64,000 nt of DNA, from assembly GCF_009914755.1 (NCBI RefSeq), contig NC_060931.1. One strand, 5' to 3'. The notes beneath the pieces were generated by a model, which was given only the letters and a program-made list of their open reading frames with translations, had not been told where the DNA came from and searched no databases. Shown here piece after piece: positions 13,501-25,659 of the stretch (positions within the stretch are counted from its first letter, which is position 1; every line of letters starts with the position of its first letter). Origin of the DNA: the human T2T-CHM13v2.0 reference genome, Homo sapiens. The position numbers and the translations under genes were made by a program.

Positions 13501-16500
13501 ATGGACTTGAAAAAAATGGAATGGAATAGAATGGACTCGAATGGAATCATCATCGAATGGACTCGAATGGAATCATCATTGAATGGACTCGAATGGAATC
13601 GTCATCAAATGGACTCGAATGGAATCATCAAATGGAATCATCGAATGGAATCGAATGGAATCATCATCGAATGGAATCATCGAAGGGAATCAAATGGAAT
13701 CATGGAATGGAATCGAATGGAATCATCATCAAATGGAATCAAATGGAATCATCGAATGGAATCCAATGGAATCATCGAATGGAATCGAATGGAATCATGG
13801 AATGGAATTGAATGGAATCATCATGGAATGGAATCGAGTGGAATCATCGAATGGAATCGAACATACTCATCATCGAATGGAATCAAATGGAATCATCGAA
13901 TGGAATCGAACGGAATCATTGAATGGAATCGGGTGGAATCGTCGAATGGAATCAAACGGAATCATTGAATTGAATCAAATGGAATCATCATCGAATGGAA
14001 TCAAATGGAATCATCGAATGGAATCGAATGTAATCATCATCGAATGGAATAGAATGGAATCATCGAATGGAATCGAACGGAATCATCATCGAATGGAATC
14101 AAACGGAATTATCGAATGGAATCAAATGTAATCATCATCGAATGGAATTGAATGGAATCTTCGAATGGAATCATTGAATGGAATCGAATGGAAACATCAT
14201 TGAATGGAATCATCATCAAATGCAATTGAATCAAATCATCATCAAATGGAATCAAAATGAATCATTGAATGGAATCGAATCGAATCATCGAATGCAATAG
14301 AATGGAAAGGAATCAAATGGAATCGAATGAAATCATTGAATGGAATCGAATGGAATCATCAAATGCAATTGAATGGAAATGAAACGAATAGAATCAAATG
14401 GAATCAAATGAAATCGAATGGAATGGAATAGAATGAGAGCTGAGATTGTGCCACTGCGTGCCAGGCTGAGTGACAGAGTGAGATACCATTGAAAGAACGG
14501 AATGGAATGCAATGCAGTGGAAAGGAAAGAAATGGAATGGGGTGGACTGCAGTGGAGTGGAGTGAAGTGGAGTGGAGTGGAATGGAGAGGAATGGAATGG
14601 TATGGAATGGAATGCAATGAAGTGGAGTGGAGTGGGGTGGAGTGGATTGCAGTGGAATGGAGTGGAATGAAATGGGATGGAATGGAAAGGAGTGGAGTGG
14701 AGTGCAGTGCAGTGGAGAGGAGTGGGATAGAGTGGAATGGAATCGGATGTAATGGAATGTAGTGGAGTGGAGTGGAGTGGAATGGAACGCAGTGGAATGG
14801 AATGGAATGCAATGGAATGGAATGGTATGGAATGCAATGGAATAGAATGCATTGCAATGGAAAGTTGATATGTAATGTGAGCTGAGATTGTGCCACTGCA
14901 CTCCAGCCTGGGTGACACAGTGATATTTTGTCAAAAGAAAGGAATGGAATGCAACAGAGTGAAATGGAATGGAGTGGAGTGGAATGGAGTGGAATGGAAA
15001 GGAATCAAATTGAATCAAATCAAATCGAATGGAATGGAATGGAATGGGAGCTGAGATTGTGCCACTGTGCTCCAGACTGGGTGACAGTGTGAGATACTCT
15101 CAAGAGAAAAGAATGGAAAGGAATGCAGTGGAATGGAATGGAATGGAGTGGAGTGGAGTGGACTGGAGAGGAGTGGAGAGGAGTGGAGTGGAGTGGAATG
15201 GAATGGAATTGAATGGAATGGAATGGACTCAAATTGAATGGAATTGACTCAACTGGAATCATCATCGGATGGACTCGAATGGAATCATCATCGAATGGAC
15301 TCGAATGGAATCATCATCGAATGGACTCGAATGGAATCATCATCGAATGGACTCGAATGGAATCATCATCGAATGGACTCGAATGGAATCATCATCGAAT
15401 GGACTCGAATGGAATCATCATTGAATGGACTCGAATGGAATCATCATCGAATGGACTCGAATGGAATCATCATCGGATGGACTCGAATGGAATCATCATT
15501 GAATGGACTGGAATGGAATCATCATCCGATGGACTCGAATGGAATAATCATCGAATGGAATCGAATGGAATCCTCGAATGGAATCGAATGGAATCATCAA
15601 ATGGAATTGAATGGAATCATCATCGAATGAAATCAAATGGAATCATCGAATGGAATCGAATGGAATCATCATCAAATGGAATCGAGTGGACTCATCATCA
15701 AATGGAATCAAATGAAATCATCAAATGGATCGAAACGAATCATCATTGAATGGAATCGAATGGAATCATCATTGAATGGAATCGAATGGAATCATCATCG
15801 AATGGAATCGAATGGAATCATCATCGAATGGAATCATTATCAAATAAAATGGAATGGAATCATTGAATGGAATCGAATGGAATCATCATCGAATGGAATC
15901 GAATGGTATCATCAAATGGAATCGAATGGAATCATCATTGAATAGAATCGAATGGAATCATCGAATGGAACTGAATGGAATCATCATTGAATGGAATCGA
16001 ATGGAATCATCGAATGGAATCGAATGGAATCATCAAATGGAATCGAATGGAATCATCGAATGGAATCGAATCAAATGGAATCGAATGGAATGGACTGGAA
16101 TGGGAGCTGAATTGTGCCACTGCACTCCAGGCTGGGTGACAGAGTGAGATACTCTCGAAAGAAAGGAATGAAATGGAATGCAGTGGAATGGAATGGAATG
16201 GAATGAAGTGGACTGGAGTGGAGTGGAATGCAGTGGAATGGAATGGAATGCAATGCTATGGAATGCAATGGAATAGAATGCAATGCAATGGAAAGTTGAC
16301 ATGTAATTTGAGCTGAGATGGTGCCACTGCACTCAAGCCTGGGTGACACAGTGATATCCTGTCGAAAGAAAGGAATGGAATGCAATGGAGTGAAACGGAA
16401 TGGAATGGAATGAAGTGGAGTGGAGTGGAGTGCAGTGGAGTGGAGTGGAGTGGAATGGAATGGAAGCGAATCGAATCGAATCGAATCGAATGGCTTGGAA

Positions 16501-19500
16501 TGGAATCAAATGGAATGGAATGGGAGCTGAGATTGTGCCACTGTGCTCCAGGCTGGGTGACAGAGTGAGATACTCTCGAAAGAAAGGAATGGAATGGAAT
16601 GCAGTGGAATGGAGTGGAATGGAATGGAATGGCATGGAGTGGAGAGGAGTGGAATGGAATCGGATGTAATGGAATGTAGTGGAATGGAATGGAATGAAAT
16701 GGAATGGCATGGAATGGAATGGAATAGACTCGAGTGGAATGGAATGGACTCGAATGGAATCCTCATTGAATAGACCCGAATGGAATCATCATCGAATGGA
16801 ATCGAATGGAATCAGCATCGAATGGAATCGAATGGAATCATCATCGAATGGAATTGAAGGGAATCATCATTGAATGGAATCATCATAGAATGGAATCGAA
16901 AGGAATCATCAACGAATGGAATCGAATGGAATCATCATTGAATTTAATCGAATGGCATCATCAAATGGAATTGAATGGAATCATCGTCGAATTGAATCAA
17001 ATGGAATCATCATCGAATGGAATCGAATGGAATCATAGAATGGAATCGAATGGAATCATGAAATGGAATCGAATGGAATTATCAAATGGAATCGAATGGA
17101 ATCATCGAATGGAATCGAATGGAATCGAATGGAATGGAAAGGAATGGGAGCTGAGATTGTGCCACTGCACTCCAGGCTGGGTGACAGAGAGAGATACTCT
17201 TGAAAGAAAGGAATGGAATGGAATGCAGTGGAATGGAATGGAGTGGACTGGAGTGGAGTGGAGTGAAGTGGAATGGTGAGGGATGGATTGGGATGGAATG
17301 GAATGGAATGAAGTGGAGTGGAGTGGGGTGGAGTGGAGTGCAGTGGAAAGGAGCGGAATGGAATGGGTTGGATTGGAAAGGAGTGGAGTGTATTGCAGTG
17401 GAGTGGAGAGGAGTGGAATGGAACAGGATGTAATAGAATGGAGTGGAGTGGAGTGGAATGGAACAGAGTGGAACGGAATGGAACGGAATGGAATGGAATG
17501 CAATGGAATAGAATGCAATGCAATGGAAACTTGACATGAAATGTGAGCTGAGATTGTGCCACTGCACTCCAGCCTGGGTGACACAGTGATATCCTGTCAA
17601 AACAAAGGAATGGAATGCAATGGAGTGAAATTGAATGGAGTGGAGTGGAGTGGAGTGGAGTGGAATGGAATGGAATCCAATGGAATGGAATGGAATGGAA
17701 TGGGAGCTGAGATTGTGCCACTGCACTGCAGGCTGGGTGACAGATGAGATATTCTCGAAAGAAAGGAATGCAATGGAATGCTTTGGAATGGAATGGAATG
17801 GAGAGGACTGGAGTGGAGTGGAGTGGAGTCGATTGGTGAGGAGTGGAATGGAGTGGAATGGACTCGGATGTAACGGAATGTAGCGGAATGGAATGGACTC
17901 GAATGGAATGGAATGGACTCGAATGGAATCCTCATCGAATGGACTCGAATGGAATCGTCATTGAATGGAATCGAATGGAATCAACATCCAATGGAATCGA
18001 ATGGAATCCTCATCAAATGGACTCGAATGGAATCATCGACTGGAATCGAATGGAATAATCATCGAATGGACTCGAGTGGAATCATCATCGACTGGAATCG
18101 AATGGAATAATCATCGAATGGACTCGAATGGAATCATCATCGAATGGACTCGAGTGGAATCATCATCGAATGGACTCAAATGGAATCAGCATCGAATGGA
18201 ATCGAAGGGAATCATCATTGAATTGAATCATCGAATGGAATCATCGAATGGAATTGAATGAAATTATCATCGAATGGAATCGAATGGAGTCATCGTCGAA
18301 TGGAATTGAATGGAATCATCACCAAATGAAATCGAATGGAATCATCGAATGGAATCGAATGAATCATCGAATGGAATTGAATGGAATCATCGAATGGAAT
18401 CAAATGGAATCATCGAATGGAATCATCGAATGGAATGGAATGGAATGGGAGCTGAGATTGTGCCACTGCGCTGCAGGCTGGGTGACAGAGTGACGTACTC
18501 TCGAAAGAATGGAATGGAATGGAATGGAGTGGAGTGGAGTGGAGTGAAGTGGAGTGGAGTGGAATGGAATGGAATGCAATGGAATAGAATGCAATGCAGT
18601 GCAATTGAAAGTTGACATGTAATGTGAGCTGAGATTGTGCCACTGCACTCCAGCCTTGGTGACACAGTGATATCCTGTTGAAAGAAAGGAATGGAATGCA
18701 ATTGAGTGAAATGGAATGGAATGGAGTGGAGTGGAGTGGAGTGGAGTGGAATGGAATGGAATCGAATCGAATCAAATCAAATGGAATGGAATGGAATCGA
18801 ATCAAATGGAATGGAATGGAATTGAATGGGAGCTGAGATTGTGCCACTGCGCTTCAGTCTGGGTGACAGGGTGAGATACTCTAGAAAGAAAGGAATGGAA
18901 TGGAATGCAGTGGAATGGAATGGAGTGGACGAGTGGAGTGGAGTGAAGTGGAGTGGAGCGGAATGGAGAGGAATGGAATGGGATGGAATGGAATGGAATG
19001 AAATGGAGTGGAGTGGGGTGGAGTGGAGTGCAGTAGAGTGGAGTGGAGTGCAGTAGAGTGGAGCAGAATGGAATGGGATGGAATGGAAAGGTGTGGAGTG
19101 GAGTGCAGTGGAGTGGAGAGGAGTGGAATGGAGTGGAATGGAATCGGATGTAATGGAATGTAGTGGTGTGGAGTGGAGTGGAACGCAGTGGAATGGAATG
19201 GAATGGAATGCAATGGAATAGAATGCAATGCAATGGAAAGTTGACATGTAACGTGAGCTGAGATTGTGCCACTGCATTCCAGCCTGGGTGAGACAGTGAT
19301 ATCCTGTCGAAAGAAAGGAATGGAATGCAACAGAGTGAAATGGAATGGAGTGGAGTGACGTGCAGTGGAGTGGACTGGAATGTAATTGAATGGAATGGAA
19401 TGGAATGGAATGGAATGGAATGGAATGGGAGCTGAGATTGTGCCACTGCACTCCAGGCTGGGTGACAGAGTGAGGTGCTCTCGAAACAAAGGAATTGAAT

Positions 19501-19667
19501 GGAATGCTGTGGAATGGAATGGAATGGAATGGAGTGGGCTGGAGTGGAGTGGAGTGGAGAAGAGTGGAATGGAGTGGAATGGAATCGGATGTAATGGAAT
19601 GCAGTGGAATGGAATGGAATGGAGTCGAATGGAATGGAATGGAATGGAATCCTCATCTAATGGACTC
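7506..19667 (+). repeat. Composite human satellite II/III-like array (GGAAT, GGAGT and GGAATCATC(ATC)GAAT blocks) with 26 embedded Alu 3'-end fragments
   Basis: Continuous pentamer-based satellite, G-rich strand on +; Alu-derived GAGCTGAGATTGTGCCACTGCACTCCAG(G/C)CTGGGTGAC... recurs 26 times in the same orientation. Confidence 0.95.
15255..15540 (+). repeat. 11 tandem copies of the HSat2-type 26-mer GGAATCATCATCGAATGGACTCGAAT
   Basis: 286 bp = 11 x 26, few substitutions. Confidence 0.9.
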
Positions 19668-20109
19668 TACAAACTTCTTGTTTGTATATGTTGTATATCT
19701 TGTGGTAATATGGGTCATAAAATAGAACACATATATCATATGTGATATATGTGAAATATAGCATATAATACGTATTCTCATAAAGCCTTTATTTATTTTG
19801 AAATTATAAATCAATCTGAAATGTCACCCAAGAGTTGTGAAGTAAACTTAAGTTCTAGTACTTGTAGTTTCTCTATTCTTTTCCACCTATCTCCATTATC
19901 CCATTAATACTTGAAGATAATTCTATTTCCTATTTATAAAATTTATGGAAAAATCTTACCTAGAAGATAAAAAATGAATAACTCTGCACTCAGTATTTCT
20001 CTATAATAACTGTACTTTTTATTAAAAGATTACAAATAATATATATACAAGTATCTACACATGTATATATATGCATATGTATATATAAATACCAAAGCAA
20101 AGGAGATAC

Positions 20110-20309
20110 AGTATATAGTATATCAGTTAATAATATGGATTCTGAAGCCAGGATGATTTTTAATCTGGTTTTCCCCGTTTCCTGCTATGTGAACACTTGC
20201 AAGTGATTTAATTTTGATGGTATTTAGTTTTCTAATTTATAATATGGGTCATAAAATAGAACACATATATCATATGTGATATATGTGAAATATAGCATAT
20301 AATACGTAT
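20110..20309 (+). mobile_element. MIR fragment
   Basis: GGATTCTGAAGCCAG...TTTAATCTGGTTTT...TGTGAACACTTGCAAGTGATTTAA...AGTTTTCTAATTTATAATATGGG resembles the MIR core. Confidence 0.55.
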
Positions 20310-22459
20310 ACTTTGGGGACTTAGGTACAACAAAGGACAACTTGATTTATTCCTCCCTCTTCCTGCTCAACCTACTTTGGAGACATGTTCTTTGTCTTTT
20401 GATAAAATTCAAGGCAAATACCGTGACTTGTCTTTTGGTTCTCTGGTACTGAAAAGTATTCCCAGGAATTAAGGTCAACACACAGACTCATTTTAATAAA
20501 ATGTCCAGTTCCTTGGAAGTTCAAAACTTTGAAAAGTTAAAGCTTCTCATTCTATACTGAACTATTTTAATATTAAAGAGCCTGTAGGGAAAGCATCTAA
20601 AATAAGTTTCTTTTCTATTTTCCCCACCATATTATTCTTCTCTTCTCTCACTGTGATTCCACTAGGACACAGTGGTGAGGTCAGAGAGGGTGATAAATGC
20701 ATGGATATCATTAAGAGCATCCATAGAAGATGGCTTTATTCTGGTTGTAGCATTTCTGTATGGTCTTTGGACAATACCTGTCTTGTCACTGAGGGGTCCC
20801 TCACATGCAGTGACAGTCTTTGGTACATTCTTGTAGGTCACTTAGAAGTGTTCTTGCTCAACTTCTAGGGATTCAACTGTACTCCTCTTCCTCTATATTT
20901 GGAAGGATATGTTTTTTGTTTTGTTTTGTTTTGTTTTCCAGATGGTGTTTCTAACATGTTGGTTAAATAATTCAGGTTCATTACATCAATGGGAAGCATT
21001 AAACCTTAATCCATGACCATTGTGAGTGCAGCTACTTTTCAATCGATGTTAGTTTTGAATTTCACTGTGTCAAGACAGTCAAGCTAGTTTCTTAATCCTT
21101 TGAAACAATAGGGAGTGAATCACGTACCAAATACTGTTTTCTCCCAATTCCAGTGAACATATACAAACACTCTTTATTTTTCCCATGAGACTTGATATAA
21201 GAAGGAAGTTTCTCAATCCCTACACTAAAAGGACTTTGGAAAGACCCAAAGCTCACCAACAACTCCCTGTTAATTTCTAGGCTCTTTTATGATTGCTCAA
21301 GTCTTTCTTCAACTGAATTTGGGGGAGGATGTAGTTAGCTACAGATCACACAACAGATTGTCACATAGTACATTTGAAAATCTTGCTTAGATAGTCTCTT
21401 TCTCTTTTTGGAAATTTGTTATAACTTGTCACCTATGCTATTGCTTGGTAGTTTGTGTGTCACTGAACACCAGCTTGAAATTACTTTCATTGTGATGTCC
21501 TACTATATGTTCTTATATTTAAATACACAGAAGCAGTTATATAGAATAGAAATATTAAAGCATTGTTATTCTGAAAAATATAGATTGCATAGGGGAGAAG
21601 GGCTGATAAAGTATAGAAAATTATATTATTTGCAATTGATTTTATTCATTATGAGGAATAACAATGCATAGATTAGAAGAAAAAATAATGTGTTGCCTCA
21701 ATTACGAAGCTTTAACTAATTTCCCCTTAGGTCAGTCCAAAAATTCCAAGAAGAAATCAGATAGCTGCCTAATACTGGGTGTTTGAATATCCTTGAAAAT
21801 ACATGTGGTCAGTAAGCCAAAAAGATAATTCCGTAAAAACTACAAAGCCATTAATTTCTACTATTATTTATCCTATTTTTTTCTCTCTCTTTCCCTACCT
21901 TGTCTCCTGTCTGGCTACTTATCTATTTTGCCTACTTATCTATTTATCTATCCATTATCTCTTCTATCCCTATGTTGCAAGCCATTCACAAAAATAGAAC
22001 CCACCCACTGGGATAAAATACTCATGTTTATAGCATTATTTAAAGGCTTCTAGAGCTTTACACATATTACCTCATTAATTTTCACAATATCCTGCAAAGT
22101 GAGTAGGTGGAAACTATTTCTCATTTTATGGTTGGATAAAATAAGATGCTGTAAACTTACCAAAGAGACACACATAGGAATAAATACAGGAAATCAAATG
22201 ATATGATTTTAAAAATTATAGATTAATTGCTTGCCTAATGTTATCTTAGAAGTTATTTTTCTGTGTTGTGATCTATTCAGAAGTTCTTGAACTATCGATA
22301 AAATTAAAGCTATTATTTCTATATTTTTATAATATGCTAATAAATGGAGAATCTTATCAAATGTAATAGATATAGTAATAAAATAGCCATTAGATGGGGT
22401 GCTTATTCTGTGGCAGGGCATTCTTGCAGTATCTAGTTTTACATTCACAGCAACCTTAC

Positions 22460-22810
22460 CATTTTAATTCTCTATTGCAGTAAAAGAAATTATACTGGGA
22501 TAATTTGTTATCCCAAAACTTTGCAGCTTAAAATAACCATTTACTCTCTCACACAATTTCTGAGTTCAGAACTCTGGGAGAATCTTAACTGGATGGTTTT
22601 ACCTCAAGGTGCAAGGTTTACAAGGTTGCAGTAAACCTGTTGATTGAAGCTGCCGTTTCATTTGAAGGTTCAATTGAGGGAGGATCCATTTCTAAACTAA
22701 CTCACATTATTAGCGTCATTCAGTTTCTGGAAGGTTGCTGGACTGAGGAAAACAGCTCCTTGCTGGCTGTTGGCCAGAGGCCTCTCTCAGTTCCTTGCTG
22801 TACCTTCATA
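22460..22810 (-). mobile_element. Old MLT1-type LTR fragment
   Basis: CCCAAAACTTTGCAGCTTAAAATAACC...CTCACACAATTTCTG...GGCTGTTGGCCAGAGGCC typical of antisense MLT1. Confidence 0.55.
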
Positions 22811-23040
22811 GACAGCATATATTTCACCTTTCTGAGATCTTTACAAGTAATTTTACAGTTACCGTCAGCTTTATCTTTAGATCAAGGGTTTCTGGCATTG
22901 CTCTAAATTTGATTTTTTCTCAGAAACCATTTCTTATTACTTTTATTATCAGTTGCCCTCTGGAGAGGCTATTTTCAAAATCAGCGAGTTCTGGCTCCAA
23001 CTTTTTCATCAGTCTTTCTTTTACTTTCTCTCTCTCTCTC

Positions 23041-23339
<299 letters not shown>

Positions 23340-23470
23340 TACTTTCTCTCTTTAACCTTGCCTGTTGGTATAAGCAACAAGAAGGAAGTAGGTGTCACCT
23401 TCAATATTCTGGCTGAAAATCTACTTAGCAAATTATCCAGCATTTTAGGTACATTTTTTATTTTCTACGT

Positions 23471-23851
23471 GTACTAGATTTTAAGGCTGCCATAGCAAAT
23501 TATAACAGATCTTTTGCCTTAAAACAATAGAAATTTATTTTTTCATAATCCTGAAGCCTAGAAGTCTGAGATCAAGGTGTTGGTAAGATTGATTTCTTGC
23601 AAGGCCCCTTTCCTTGGCCTGTAGATGGCTGTCTTCTTCTGTTGTTTCCACATAATCCTGCCTCTGTCTCTATCTTAATCTCTTCTTCTTATAAGACACA
23701 AGTAATATTGAATTAGGGGCCACCCATATTACCTATCCTAACCATAAGTACCACTTTAAAGGCCCCATCTCCAAATATGGTCATGTTCTGAGGTATTAGG
23801 GGTTAGGAGTTCAACTTCCATCTTTTGTAGGACAGAATTCAACCTCAAACA
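23471..23851 (-). mobile_element. MLT1A/B-type LTR
   Basis: TGTACTAG...GGCTGCCATAGCAAATTATAACAGA...GAAGTCTGAGATCAAGGTGTTGG...TTCTGAGGTATTAGGGGTTAGGA...ACAGAATTCAACC. Confidence 0.75.
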
Positions 23852-24678
23852 CCACAAAATTGAAGCAGTAGTATTGATAAACTTCTGCTATTACATAACA
23901 AAAATCCTCTTTCCTCCAGTTTTAAATAAGAGTTACCTCATTCACCTGTAGGCATTACAAATAACCTTACGAAAGAACATTGGGATTCTATTAACGATTT
24001 ACTTAACATACCTTAGGCATTTTTTGTTTGTTTGTTTTGTTTTTTCACATTCTCTCCTCCAAGTCTACTAAGGAATTCAAAGTTATTCCTACATTTTAGG
24101 GTGTTCTTTCAACAACATCTCGCTTATAGGTACTGAAATACATACTAAGCATTTATTGCAACATAATATATTGCTCTAACACTCATCAGCTTTAAACAAT
24201 GCAAATTGATTATCTCACACAATTTCTGAGGGTCAAAAATCTAGGAGAAGTTTGTCTGGGTATTTCTGGTTCAGGATCTCTCACTGGGTTGCAACCAAGC
24301 CGTTGACCAGAGATGAACCTTGAAAAAACTTTGAGTTAGACTAGAAATTTCCCTTCCAAATTCAATCAAATGGTTGTTTGTAGATACCAGTTCGGGTAAA
24401 ACTCATCAATGATAATAAATGTTTTAATAAAATAGCTGTAGGTAATATTGATTAAGTACATTTTCAAGAGCTTGTGCACTGCTTAATTTTACACTCACAA
24501 TAAACTTACCATGTTAATATTATTCCATGCCCATGTTATAGCTAAAGTTATTAAACAAAGGAACTGTGCATGGTTACACAAGCAGAGACGGAAGAACTGA
24601 AACTTGAAATCAAATGGTTTTAAATATTGAAAGCCTCAAATGTACTTATATCACTTTCCTATCCAGAATGGCTTGATA

Positions 24679-24952
24679 GGCCTGGCGTGGTGGATCACGC
24701 CTGTAATCCCAGCACTTTGGGACGTCGAGGCAGGTGAATCACCTGAGTTCAGGAGTTTGAGCCCAGCCTTGAAGATGGCAAAACACGGTCTCTACAGGCA
24801 TGATGGCTCACGCCTGTAGTTTCAGCTACTTGGGAGGCTGAGACACAAGAATCACTGGAACCCGGGAGGCGGTGGTTGCAGTCAGCTGTCATCATGCCAC
24901 TGCACTCCAGCCTGGGTGACAGAGTGAGGCTTCATCGTGGAAAAAAAAAAAT
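24679..24952 (+). mobile_element. AluS with the central A-rich linker deleted
   Basis: GGCCTGGCGTGGTGGATCACGCCTGTAATCCC...; GTCTCTAC joins directly to AGGCATGATGG; poly(A) tail. Confidence 0.9.
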
Positions 24953-25364
24953 CCTTGATGGTTTCTACTTTGACAGAAAATAGGAAAAAAGACATAAAAA
25001 TAAAAGCAGAAAAAAGGAACATTGCATAATCATGTATGCAATGAAATCACTCTAAACCTAATATTTTGTTAAAAAAAAGTGATTGTAAAGAAAACTATAT
25101 GAAATAGAAGAAAATAAAGTTAATAATTTTTTCTACAAACTATCTCCACTGGATTATAATTCATTATTGTCTTTAATATAAAGTATGGTTGACTTTTTAA
25201 AAATAAATATGGCTGTATCCATGGGTTTGTTTTTATAAAAATGTGTGCATGTGTACTTTATTAGGTAACATCTGGCTTTGTCATTAAGAATTTTAGTTTC
25301 AAGAGGATTCAAAATATAGGAAATAAAAAAATTAAGTCCAAATTTAAAAGTTATAAACATGTTC

Positions 25365-25659
25365 TTTGTTGTTGTGTTTGTTTTGAGATGGAGTCTCACA
25401 CTGTAACCCAGGCTGATGTGCAGTGGCACAATCTTGGCTCGCTGCAACCTCCGCCTCCCTAGATCAAGCGACTCTTCTGCCTCAGCCTCCAGAGTAGCTA
25501 GAATTACAGGCGCCCGCCACCACGCCAGGCTAATTTATTGTATTTTTAGTAGAGATAGGGTTTCACTGTGTTGGCCAGGTTGGTCTCCAACTCCTGACCT
25601 CGTGATCTGCCCACCTCCCAAAGTGCTGGGATTACAGGCATGAGCCATCACATACGGCC
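25365..25659 (-). mobile_element. AluS (Sc/Sg-like)
   Basis: Antisense Alu; 20-bp TSD TAAAAGTTA(T/C)AAACATGTTC at 25345-25364 and 25661-25680. Confidence 0.95.

Noticed and set aside
7569-19482. Regularly recurring ~55-bp conserved repeats resembling a CRISPR-like repeat-spacer array
   Set aside because: The repeats are Alu fragments, the 'spacers' are 100-1100 bp of satellite rather than unique sequence, and the DNA is primate with no cas genes
7790-19745. Dozens of long ORFs (MEWNG.., IPFHS.., STPLH..) on both strands
   Set aside because: Translations of stop-poor GGAAT/GGAGT pentamer satellite; low complexity, open in several overlapping frames, no gene structure
20320-21500. Possible ancient L1/ERV internal remnant or pseudogene
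   Set aside because: Could not assign to any family or protein by eye; needs a Dfam/BLASTx search
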